This document shows, piece after piece, positions 1-12,711 of a DNA stretch of 64,000 bases. A model generated the notes under the pieces. The model saw only the letters and a program-made list of their open reading frames with translations, was not told where the DNA came from and did no database searches. Within the stretch, counting starts at the first letter, position 1. Every line of letters starts with the position of its first letter. The stretch is from Rotaria socialis (taxonomy: Eukaryota). The translations under genes and the position numbers were made by a program. The stretch lies in NCBI GenBank assembly GCA_905331295.1, contig CAJNYD010000449.1, positions 310,001 to 374,000 of the forward strand, read 5' to 3'.

Positions 1-1646
1 GTAATGATTTACAACAATTCCAATTTGAACAATCATCACATATACAAACATTGAGAATTGATCTTGAACAAATGAAATTTATTCGTAGTACCTATGGTAT
101 GTTGTTATTACCTACGTATTCGACTAAAAAGTATTGAGCAATCTTTGGTAAACCTTTTCTTTTCAGATGAAGAAATGGAAAAAATTCAACTAACAATAAA
201 ACAATTACAAAAAAATGTCTCCACACTTGAATATGATTTACATTTGAAAGAACGTCAGACACCAAATATCTATGATTCAATTGAATGTGAAATGATATGG
301 AAACGGCATAGAATAGATAATATTCAAGCATCAATTATTACCAATGCAGATGAAGATACGAATACCGGTACAAATCATGATGATGAAAATGCTTCCGATT
401 ATTTAACAGCTGGTACACCGCCATCATCAACATCAAGTCCAACATATGAACATTGTTTACTTTCATTTCTTGTCGGAAATGATTCATCAACAAATAAAGA
501 TAATAAAATAGCTACATCAGATATGAAAAAAAATGTGTCAAATAAAAAGAATTCATCGATTGAAAATACACAAACAAATAGTGCAATAACAACCATATTC
601 CACAATAGTAATAAAAAAAGAAGAATCTGTATGAGCTGTGGAAAATGCTAGTAAGTTATCCAGCCTTCATTTTAAAGCTGGGTATAAATAATCATATCTT
701 CTGTTTTAATAATAAATATGATGGAATACATAGTTTTATAAAGAGACTTTTTCAAAATGCGCAATTCGTTCAATTTTACTCGAGAAAATTTTTGAACGTA
801 GAAAAAAAATACTAACGAGTCATGCCCATGTATTACTAGATTAGTTTGATCATGAATGTTTTATTCTTTCTACAGAGGAGATGGGAATGCAACTTTTCGA
901 AATTCAATGTGACACTGTATAAATATGAGTCATAACTAATATACTTTTTTTTCTTGAAAACCTGAATAGTACGTTTTTGAAGTCACTTTTATGCTGGTAG
1001 ATTCTACGTTCTTATTTCTAGAATAGAAGTAGATCAGAAGACTAGAGACACTAAAAGTAAATTTCTTTCGTTAAAATTCGTTTCAGTACAAATTTTTATG
1101 AGAAAAGGTAAAAACTAGTTTTCTTCATGACTTTGAAGGAGGACCAGTCAGTCTCAGATTTAAAAGTGTTCGACTAGCAAGAATTTATCAGATAGAGTAG
1201 TTTCTTTTTCTTCGATTTTATATGGAGAAGTTTTGACGAGGCTCATTTCACATCATAAAAATAAATTCCACTATAATGATCCTAATACTGATCGTATTCA
1301 AGGAAGTACACTTCACGTGATGGCAAGAGTATTGAGCGAAAATCAACTGATTGTGGAGTTGCTTTAACGAAAATAAAACAAAATGTTGATTTTATAAAAA
1401 AAAAATCGAGAGTGTGACCTTACGATATTTTTAATTAGATTTTCTCCATTGAAATATAGTTAACAATATTAAAATTTACTTTATAGCCATCCAAGTAGTT
1501 TACAGCGTCATTATCGTCAATGTAAACGTCAATCTGCCCTCCAACAATTAAATCCATCAAGTTCTTGTTCCAGATTAGTCGAAGAAACAAAATTAAAAAC
1601 AGTAACTAACATGACCAATCAACAACAGAATCAAGTTGATTCATAG
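1..1646 (+). CDS. 5'-partial gene: coiled-coil/low-complexity protein with a C-terminal C2HC-type zinc finger
   Basis: Open frame from the window start (NDLQQFQFEQ...STY), short intron ending TTTTCAG at ~166, exon to 650. Donor GTAAGT at 651 and acceptor TTATAG at 1486 give RRICMSCGKC-Y-HPSSLQRHYRQC (CxxC...HxxxC); stop TAG at 1644-1646. Confidence 0.75.
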
Positions 1647-2081
1647 TATCAAATAACTGATCTCAAAATTGAATATCTAATTTAGTCAAAACGCAAAACT
1701 TTATTCTTTTATCAAAATTTTTTCCGTCGATGATATTTTAAACAAAAACTGAGCTAACAAGTAGCAAAAACAAATCAAATTTCTTTTTTCTAGTTGCTGT
1801 TCTCGATATATTTGTGTGTACATATTTTTTGTTAGTATAGCATCGAACAAAAAAATCATATTGTTGTTGTTGTTGTTGTTATTGATGATGATGATTTTTA
1901 TAAAACTGTTGCGCTCTATGTGTTGTTTTTGATTTGTTCTCGTTTTTAAGTCTAACATCTTTTTTTTTTCTTCAGGGCAGAAAAATTGTATGTTGATGAA
2001 CATAAAATCTTCATTTTTATTTTAGAATTAAATAGATATCAGCATGGACGAATTATCCCAGTGAATTGAAAAGTTACAACT

Positions 2082-5000
2082 ATGGCTTCGTGCATGTATC
2101 GTGTTGGGGGTAAGATTTATAGATTTCATAAAGTGCTATGTTCTAATTTCTATTTATGGTTTATTTAGATTATGTCTATTTTGAAGGCACTCCAAGTGAA
2201 CCTTATTTAATTCGACGCATTGAAGAATTGAATAAGGTCTGTTTATCACCAAAACATGTTCAGAAGCGGACGTGTCATCTTTTTTTTTAGTAATCTAATT
2301 AGCTCGATGCATTTTTATTGTCTCATTACGATGTTCGTTCAGAGTCAAATAACATTGCTGCTTTACCAGAATAGAAAGGAAAACGAGTGGGTCCCTCGTT
2401 AATTTCTTTCTTCCGAATTCGTGTCTCTCTTAATATATTCACTGGCAATGCCATTCTTATTACCGAATCTTCATCAGAAAGTGTACAGACAATTGCTCGA
2501 GTTTTTACTACTGAGACATCATTTTTATATTCTTAAGTTTGTAATGAACAGGAAATCAAGGTGCAATTGTATGTTGAAAAATAGATGGGAATTAGGGACT
2601 ATTGTGAATTCTATGCGCGGTATTCATTATGACAAAAATTTAGTAATGAGAAATATTTTTAGAAGTTGGTTAATAATCAATCTTCTTTTTCTATCTTTGT
2701 ACTTTCTTGTATCTACACATGAATAAGATGGCAACCAAACAAACATTCATCATTGTGGGAAGAGAATTTTTTTTCGATTCTTTTACATTATCGATCGTCA
2801 TTCTAAAACACTAGAGTTTGAGAAAAGTTACAGTCATCTTTTTGTTATTATTTCATTAGCCTACATTGTATTAGTGTCTATAAAAACTATTTGCTATTGT
2901 TTTATGAGCTGATAAAAAAGGATTGCCCGAGTAAATCGATATAATGTGATTTTCTTTAGACGCCTAATGGCAACGTTGAAGCTCGTGTTGCGTGCTTCTA
3001 TCGTCGTCGTGACATATCAGCTTATCTAGTTAATCAAGTTGATCGCCTTAAAATCGATGGTAAATTTATTAAACATAGAAAGAAAACAAGTTTCTAGACA
3101 AAAAAATTTTTGTAATTAAGGTCCATGGGATGATGATGATGAGATATCAACCGATACAAATGGTAGCACAATTAATCCATCTGGTTCAACGGGAAGTAAT
3201 TCGTCATCACAACCAACTGAATTGAGTGACACACAAAAACATCAATTGCGCCATCGAGAATTATTTTTAACTCGTCAGATTGAAACATTATTAGCAACTA
3301 ATATTCGTGGAAAATGTCTAGTTACACTTCATAATGAAACAGAATCATTTTTATCTTATCTTAACACTGAGGTTTGTTTAGAAATAAATTTCATTGAAAT
3401 ATATAAAAGAAAATCAATAAAAATAATTTACATCTATGATAGGATCTTTTTTTTTATCAACTTGTTTATGATCCAAATCAAAAAACGTTAAATGCTGATC
3501 GTGGTGAAATTCGTGTCGGTGGTAAATATCAAGCCGATGTGCCAGCACAACCTTTGCATACCGATGGAATTGACGAAGGTATGAAATATAAATTTAATAT
3601 TTTTGAAATCTTAATTATTTCGATTTATATTTATTGCAGCAAATATTCAATCGCGAGAAGATCTAATTTGGAATGCAAATGGTGGCTTAACCGAAAAACA
3701 GATTGAACAATTTTTAATTGTCGCTCGGTAATTATTTAGGTTATAGAAAAATTGAAATATGTAATTTAAAATTTTTACATAGATCAATTGGTACATTTGC
3801 ACGTGCACTTGATTGTCCAACAGCATTAAAACATCCAAGTCTTCATATGAGTGCTGCGTCAGCTTCACGTGATGCTACTCTAGTAAATCTAAAAGGTCAT
3901 GTTTATTTTATTTGTTGAATTCATTTTTCTATTTTCAGTTTTTCGCTATGGATACATTACATAAACATCATTATGATTTAGCATTGGCTACATGCAGTTT
4001 AGTACCCAATACAGGTCCAATACTTGTTAAAGATCAAATGGAAGATTGGTCAGCTGCCGAAGCAAATTCATTTGAAGATGCTATTGAAAAATGTGGAAAA
4101 GATTTCATTGAAATACAAAAAGAATATGTAAATACATGAAATAATTCTTATTTAATTTAAATACATTTTGATGTTTTCTAATTGTTAGTTGCCATGGAAA
4201 AGTTTGAAAGGTATTATAGAATATTATTATATGTGGAAAACAACAGATCGCTATGTTGTACAACGGCGATTAAAATTAGCTGAACAAGAAAATAAACTTA
4301 AACAAGTTTTTATTCCAAATTAGTACGTATACATGAAATAATATCATGTCAAATTATATGTTCGTTTTTTGTTTTAGTAATAAAGCTCATCAGTGCCTTC
4401 TTGCACAGCGACCACAAAGTGAAAGTAAACCATGTGAATCGTGTGGAAGTATGAGAATTTTTCAAATAAAAATGTTTGTAGTAAAAATATTTTCTATTTT
4501 AGCTGCTTCATCCGCTCAGTGGTATCAATGGAATACAGCTCAACCACATACGCGACTTTGTGCCGAATGTTGGGGTTATTATAAAAAATTAGGTGGCACA
4601 AAATATCCGAAAAAAAGTGGTAAGATTTGGCATGATCGTTTCTTGTTTAACATTTCTATTATGATATTAATATTCAATTTTAGGTCCTGATCGACGACAG
4701 GGTAAGTTACATTTGAAGAACAAACAATAAATGTGCATGACATTTCTATTTTTTTCAATTTCTAGAACGAGCAGCAAACATTAATAAATTAGTCAGCTAC
4801 AAATGTACTGTTAATGGGTGTGGAAAGGTATGCTATTCATAGTTTTGTTAATCGATGTCATGACAAATAGATGACATTTTCTGTGTAGCAAATATATTAT
4901 CACTAAATAATCGATAAAAGATTACCATCTGATTGTGTTGTGTGGTGATTGGCAGATTGATTCTCTTAGCAAAGTTTAAAACGATCGAAATACTTTTAAG

Positions 5001-7083
5001 ATCGATTCTAGTTGGTTAACCTTGATCTACTAATAGTTTTTTCAACTTAATAGAGACTTAATTATTTTTACGATAATAAATTAAAAAGAACTAGATGAAG
5101 ATCTATATTTACAAGCGTTTAAACAAGAAAATAAAACTGTATCTAATCTAGATTCAAATTTTTCTGACAATCATTTTCAGGCTTACCGACCAAGTTTCTA
5201 AATTAGAAAAAAAAAAGTATTACGTACTATAAACGTTTTAGAATTTCGATACACAGTACTACGCTTTACGTGGTTAACTAAACTTTAGTAATCTATGTTA
5301 GTTCAGCGGTGAAATCTTTAGTCAATCGTATGTTGTTAGTATTTTATTTTGTGTCTTTCAGCAGATTTTTAACGAAATATCCATTTTTTAAACTTATCTA
5401 AAAACACTGGTTGGAGAGTATTTGGTGAATTTTTCTAATTTGAGATGGAGATTCGTATTGATCTCAAATCAATTGTTCATATTTGAGCGTTTCTCATTCA
5501 AATGGAAAAAACATCGAATCCGATGTATCAGATCTCAAGCGTACCTGCTTGTCTCGATAGTCTCTTCTTAGTAAATGCTTCATACGAACAGATGATAGGT
5601 ACCCTTAATATTCTTTTGTAATATTCGAAATTTTATGCTCTCTGTTTCAACGAAATGCAAAAAGAAAAGAATTTATTTCAGGAATGTAAAAACAAATCTG
5701 CTCTTCAACGTCATTATGCTCTTGGACATGGAATTATGTTTCGATCGGGTAGTCCACGTCCATTATCAAAACCACGTAATACATTTTCATTACTCACTAC
5801 CCCATTATCACGTGCTGTACGTCCACTGTGTTCAATGCGACGTCTTGCACGTCGTTCAAGCTATAGTATTGATATAAGTGACATACGTAACAAATGGGAA
5901 ACACATATTAATGAAAAACCGCGCGATGATATTCGCAATACATGTGCACGTCTTCGAGATTTGTATGAAAAAGGCAAAGAACGTTACAAAACTGTGCATT
6001 TAAATGACATATTTCCATTTAAAACTGAAAATGATGAAGTCAAAACATTTGATGATTTTATACCGAAATTCGAAGAAAAAGTATTCAATGAAAATGAAAC
6101 CAATATACCAATGCGTTATCCGAAATTGCAAGAAGATTCAAGCGAATTTTATGCACAATTTACTCACACTAATTTGAGTATTATGAAAAAACGACCTTAT
6201 GAATCTAATGAAAGTTCAAATGAAGGTAATTAAAATCTATATCTCAAGAAAAACAATATAAAATTAAAAAATCTATATTTTTCTTAGGTCCATCACCAAA
6301 ACGTACTTTAATCAGTCGACAAAATTTAATCAAAACAAAATCTCCGGTATATATATATTTCTGTATTTTAAGAGGATATTCGAGAAAATAATTGTAATCA
6401 GAATTTTTTCGGCTATATTCTTTCAGCTCTAATCAGGAATTTATCTAATAGTCAGAAAATAAGAAAAAGAAACTATAAACAACCATCAGATAATCGGTAG
6501 TTTGTCTTGTTTTCTCTCTTTCTGTCTCTCTAGACGTCCAATTAATGTATAGAATCAATATGGGCATATAGATCGTTCTTTTTTTCTGGAAGTAATTATA
6601 AATAGCTAGTTCTTTCAGTTAGGATACCGAATAGAACAGAAAATTATTATCTATAGCGTAATCTTTTATAATGACAGAAGCCTATCTGTCACTAAATCCG
6701 TATTCAATAATGGTTATAATTTCATTTTATCCTATTTATTTTTAGAGTACTGTTAAATTATCTCGATCACGTGCTTACACTGTACCATTTGTGGATCGTA
6801 AGTTACATCATTTATTTGTTCGATATTTGTTCTTATTGACGTATATTCTTATATTTTTTATAAGCTCCCGATGGAATCTATTTACGTGTAACAAAAGATA
6901 TCAAGTAAGATCTATTATTTTACTTCGTCGAATGTCTTACTTATTTTATTTTGCTGTAATTTAAGGCGTTTACGCAAGGAAATTCCTCAGAAAGAAATTC
7001 GTCGCATTGCACGTGCACCATGGAAAAAGCTTAATACCAATTTTGTCTCGTACATAGACGATGATATAGTTATACTTGATTAA
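2082..7083 (+). CDS. MTA1: Metastasis-associated protein (MTA1/2/3 family, NuRD subunit), multi-exon
   Basis: Spliced translation starts [15 protein letters not shown]...[12 protein letters not shown] (BAH). Also [11 protein letters not shown] (ELM2), [25 protein letters not shown]...LPWKSL (SANT), CESC...LCAECW (GATA-like finger), a C2H2 finger [26 protein letters not shown] and C-terminus [10 protein letters not shown]...DDDIVILD*. Confidence 0.96.
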
Positions 7084-8078
7084 ATAAATGTGCGTATCTT
7101 TTGTATATAATCATATTCAATTTTTTCCTCTTTCGAATTCGATTGTTCAATTAAAATCAAGGAAAGAAAAATTTTGTTTTAAAAAGTATATCATGGAACA
7201 ATCTTTTCATAAAGAAAAAAAGCAAAGAAATTTTTGTTGTAGTTGTTATGACTGACTTTTGTGCGTGTGCTTGTGTGTCTGCCTGTCTCTCTCTCTCTCT
7301 TGTTCTCGTTCTCGTTCGTTCTTTTTTCTTTTCATTGATATCAGACGTAAAGTGTGTACGTGAAGATAAACTGTAAGTTCAACCATTTTTTTCTTCTATC
7401 TATTTCTTCTGTTACTATTCATTTAAAAAATGTTGTGCTCTTCTTTCCTTTTTTGTCTAAAAGATCTTTCGGAAATAAAAAAATCTAATCTATTTCTTTG
7501 TTCTTTTTCTCTTCGAAGTTGCGATTCGGTGTATGTGATAATTGGTTGAGTGCACATTAAAGTTACATCAATTGAGAAATAGTGAGTAATATTATCCGTT
7601 TTTTATTATCCATTAGTAGAACCTATCTAGAAGAATAGAAGAAAAAAGAGCAAATCAATACGAATGAAGTGACATGTTAGATGAATGTTTTACGTTTTTT
7701 TTTATTGATATGAGCCGTAACTGAGCATTAGTCTTCTAAATCATCACAAAGAAGTGTTTGTGAAATATATACATATGTCAGTTTTTTATTATTTGAGAAG
7801 ACAAAAGCACTTCATTGAGATAAAAAAAAGAGCGAGATGGTCGATTTATGATTTTGTTGAGATCGAACGTACTTAGCATATTGGCTGTAATTTTACATCG
7901 TCATGTGCGTGCTATAATGATGTCGGACACAAGCATCAATGTACATATCAACCGATTAGAAGCGATCGTGTGTAGGAGAGAGAGAGAGATTATGATCACA
8001 CTCGATCTTTACTTTTCTTTCTAGATGATCCTTTGTTCTCTCTGTCTTCGTCTAGTGATAAAACACTAATTTTTATAA

Positions 8079-11000
8079 ATGTCTCAGAACACTGGTCAGT
8101 ATCCATTAGCTACTTCTTCTTTATCATCGCCAAGTAATAACAATAAACGAACTTTATCACATCAACACTTTCTTTTAACCTCATCAGACTTCAATACACC
8201 TTCATCGATTTTGAACACCAGTGAAAATGATTCGCCGTCGTTACAAACTCGTACGGTAAGATATACGAGACCGAAGAATCGAAGAGAAAAAAAGAAATTT
8301 TTTTTGCATAACTGCTCGTTTTTTCTTCACCTTTTCAACAATTAAAGATTATATGAAAGAACGAATGAAACAAAGCGAACAGTGTAGTTTGCTTTGCCTT
8401 TCTTTTCTTATTTCATTTTTTGTTTTTATTAGTCACCTATTGTCAATGATGTTTGTGCGAGTGGCTATAATGGGGTCCGAAACCCATCGATAACGACGAA
8501 AATTAAGGATGGTAGCTCTCCTAATGGTGTATGTAAACGTGTATCAAATTTTAAGAAGAAGAAAAAAAAAGGTCATTCTCTTTTCTTTTAGAATCATTTT
8601 AACGATAAATATGCATTCAGTCTAGGTAAGAGACAGAATAGAGGTCTTTCTTCATATCAATTATGCTATCATTTATTTATTTCAGAATTGACACCACCGG
8701 TGGCTAAAGCTAAAAAAGATTATAGTCGCAAATCAAAATCAGTAAGATTCGAATGAAATTTTAAAAAAAAACTTTTTTAATTATATTTTTGACGAGCTTT
8801 CTTTTTCTTGCTTTTTGTAGCAACTCTATCCATTTGAAATGGCAGAAAATAATGAAGAAGACCTTCATTCGCCGTTCGAACTAGGTAATAATTCAAATGC
8901 AAGATTTTTTATGAGAAAAAATAAAATTTCTACTATGCGACACCCTAGATGTTCCACTATGTGAGAATCAATCATTGAAAAAAATTCAAAATGATTTTCT
9001 TATTGATCGAATGCTAAAAGATGATAGTAATTGTAATTATACTTTACTAAACCGATCATTAAATCAACCATCTTATACAAATATTCTCAATTATACATCA
9101 CCTCTTCTAACGCCTTCATCTGATCATCATGATATCGATGCTTTAAGTGATGCAGGTACATATATAATTGAAGATGATATCGATATTGCTCATGATGATG
9201 AACCTGAGCAAGATATTGAACAACAAACTGATATACAAGAAAACAATTCACCACCATCAATATCAACATCATCGTCATTTAAACGATATGCAGCAACAAA
9301 AAGAAACCGACATGGAACATTCGATATTCAAGGCGTATTATCAAAAACACCGCAATCTGTTAATCGTCCTATAGTTGATCTACACGTCCCGACGCATGAT
9401 TTATTATCCTCATCTTCGTCAGGAACAACTGATTCATCGTCTTCGTCGTCTCTTCTTTCATTACCAACAGAAAACGATACTAGTATATGTAAAGAACCTG
9501 AAGGTGCATCGCATCATATTATTGATGATAAGTCTTCGACAGGTTTAGTTTATGCAAGACAACGACCAAATACTCTTTTACCACAACAACAACGCTCTGT
9601 AACTCCACCACAGAATCCAATAAAACCTGCCGAGTGCTTTGGTAAAAAACAAAACTTTAGAAGGACAATGATGTTTAGCTCATATTTTTATTTAATTTTT
9701 TTTTATCTTAGTTATTTCACCAACATTTGAAACAAAACCTTTTCCGAGTACAACAAGTAATCCTCCCAGACGAAAAGTTGATACTCAATGGAAGTAAGTT
9801 TGAAAATATTCATAGTCGCATTATTATTAACTTATTTCAACGTCAGGCCAAAATCAGTAACATCGGTTGTGCCAACTAAAGATATACATTTCGAAATTCC
9901 ATCAAAAAATTCTTCACCATCACCTCCAGTTTCAGCACGTTCGAATCAAAGTGATACAGAAAAATTTTCATTTCGTCTTCAACAACAACCTACACGTCAG
10001 CATGATTCTAAACAACAATCATCATCATCGAACATGAAATCTTCACTTCAAAATACTGATTTTATGCCATCTTCATCTAAATCATCACTTCGGCCACATT
10101 CAATAATTAGTGATCAAACATCTTCATCACCATTTCAACGTAATTCGTCGATACGTCAAACAATGCCAGCAAATACACAATATCATCGAGCATTATCAAC
10201 AGCAGCAGCCGCAGCGGCAGCAGCAACAGCAGTAATGACAACAGCACCTAAATATATAGATGATAACGATGAAATTTTATCGTCACATCCAAGTTTAACA
10301 AAAGTTTATATGAATAAATCATTCGCATTACGTCGGCAACGTTCCAATGTAACACCATCAACAACGAAGCCCGTACAACAACAGGTAGTGTCAAAGGCAT
10401 TAACAACACGTCAAACAATAAAACCAACCACATCTGTTCCATCAACAACTGTAACATCAACATCATTATCGATAAATAATTCAAGTGGACAAACGAATCG
10501 TGCTGTTGAATTACGTCGTGCACGTGCACAAGCAAAAATTGAAGAATTAGCACAACGCACAAGACATCAATTACAAAAAACTGAACAACATAATGATGTT
10601 ATGAGTGCATCATGGCACAGTAATGCAAGTAGTTCAAGTAAAAAAGAATTCTCTCATTTACGAGCGAATCCTCGATCAGCTAATAATAATAATAATATTC
10701 CACAACAAAGACAAGATTTATTGCAAACAAGAACCATATCATCATCATCGTCATCACATCATCGTTCATCATCAGCAAGTCCAAATCCACTCGGAGATGG
10801 AACAAAAAAAACAGCGAAATATCGAAAAGCAATGGTATCTAGTGTTACTACAGAATCTCAATATCAGAAAATGAATGGAAGTACTTACAGTGAAGGAGTA
10901 AGCGAAATGTTATTATTAAAAAAAAATGATTATTTAATCCTTCTAGGAACGGTGTGATTCGTTACGTGATGATGGTCAAAGGTTGGCAATCAAATTAATA

Positions 11001-12080
11001 CAACTTTCATCAGGAATATTAGCAAAATTGAAGTAAATAATATATCTCAGTTATTTAACTTTTTTTTATATCGATTAATTTTTAGACCGAATAGTGCTGT
11101 AGGTGATAGTGATTCGAACGTGCGGCAATTAGAACAACTTGTTGATCAATTACAAACGGTTAATCGAACATTGACTAGTACGTATTTTGATTCTTTTATA
11201 GTTTAAATGTTTTCTCAGATATAATGCAATGAGTGTGAGAAAATGGGAATTAGACATTTTCGAACCGAAGCGGTTGGATTCGGTCTTGACTAAAGAAGTT
11301 TTCAAGTTTTACTATGTTAGACTTACACATTATGTATTAACTTCTCCAAAATCCAAAGATTTGGATGCAAATTCAACAAAATTCAGTAATATTAGAACAC
11401 AAACTTCACTTTCTCTTATGGTACTTTCATGATCGATTATATACCGCAAGAAGTGCTGCGGCAAATCTTTGACGTTGTCTAAATTATTTGGATAGCTTTC
11501 AAAGCTGGAATCTTAGCTTGAGATCGAAGTATAGTTAATCATAATAAAATGCTTCATTGTAAGAAATGATTGGGAAATATTTAACCACAAAAACAAATAT
11601 GAAGAAATCAGAATGGTAAATCATGTTATTATGATCATCGAAAAAAAATGCCTTTTGATGCTGAATAGAATTCAAGCCAAAGATATCATAACTAATGAAT
11701 GAATGAATGAATGAATAATTATTAGATTTGACAATAAATCATTACCAAAATAAGCTTCAAAGGCCTAGCAAAAGTTTAATCAGAAAGTATTTCTATTAAT
11801 TTTGTTCATTACGATTGCCTATTCACTAACTTTAATAATAGTTGATCTTTATTTTTCGATACTAATTCCATGTATAGTTTCAGTTCATAAAAACAAAATC
11901 TTCATCAAATGAAATTTATCGAAAATTTTACGTTTTTCCAATTCAAGTTTCGACGAAGACTTTTTGTTTACTATACTTGAAATTTCTCTTATATGAGATT
12001 TATTTTATAACATAACTGTTCATCCTTAACGTAAATATAATCACTGAAATAATTGACATGGTATTTTAAGCTCTACAGTA

Positions 12081-12112
<32 letters not shown>

Positions 12113-12280
12113 ATTCATAAATGTATTAGCCTGTGACTTCAATTCACAGTCCATTTTGTATGTGATTATCTAAGCGATATTTACAAAATGATTTTATAAT
12201 AAATTTCTATTTTTCTTCTTCTTCTTCTAGATATCGATGCTTCATTAACCGGTTTGCCCAGTGACGAAAATCTTACTTAG
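8079..12280 (+). CDS. Ser/Thr/Gln-rich low-complexity protein, possibly CEP170-like (no FHA domain seen)
   Basis: Consistent GT-AG exon chain from ATG 8079 to TAG 12278-12280, including long ORFs at 8975-9730 and 9788-10957. DALSDAGTYIIE, NKSFALRRQR, TNRAVELRRAR and a C-terminal helix (RQLEQLVDQLQTVN) recall CEP170 family motifs from memory; the gene is well supported, the family call is tentative. Confidence 0.6.
12080..12113. repeat. (GAAA)n microsatellite in an intron
   Basis: Tandem AAGA/GAAA units read directly. Confidence 0.9.
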
Positions 12281-12711
12281 TTTTTCTCTTATGTCTCAAG
12301 TGGCGCTTTATAATAATTTTTTTTCTCTTTCTGTTTTTTTTTATTGCTATATTGAAAAAGAAATCTTTTCTTTGTCTTATTTCTACAGTGCTGATTAAAC
12401 TCATCTAATTTATTTATTTTATTTTTTTTATCATTCATTTGCCTGATTTGCTTCTCTTTTTTCTATTCAAGTCAACAACTACAACACACAAAAATAATAA
12501 GAAAACTTTATTTGTGTTTTCGTGTACATATGTGAAAAATTACTGTTTGTGACAACTTTGCGTTCTTCCATCGAAAGAAAGATAACAACAAGCCTCTGTC
12601 GAAATAAAATTTAAAAAAAAAAGAAAAGTTATATGCTCCTTTGTTTCTTATAGATACAAAAACAAATGATATTAAGAAAAGAATAAAAGACAAAAAAATA
12701 GTTGTTAGGCC

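Noticed and set aside
5441..5470. Small hairpin in an MTA intron considered as a snoRNA or miRNA
   Set aside because: Only an ~8-9 bp stem; no convincing C/D or H/ACA boxes.
10248..10874. Alternative-frame and antisense ORFs over the CEP170-like exon (similar ones over La, ACP6 and DLK)
   Set aside because: Shadow ORFs of real coding exons.
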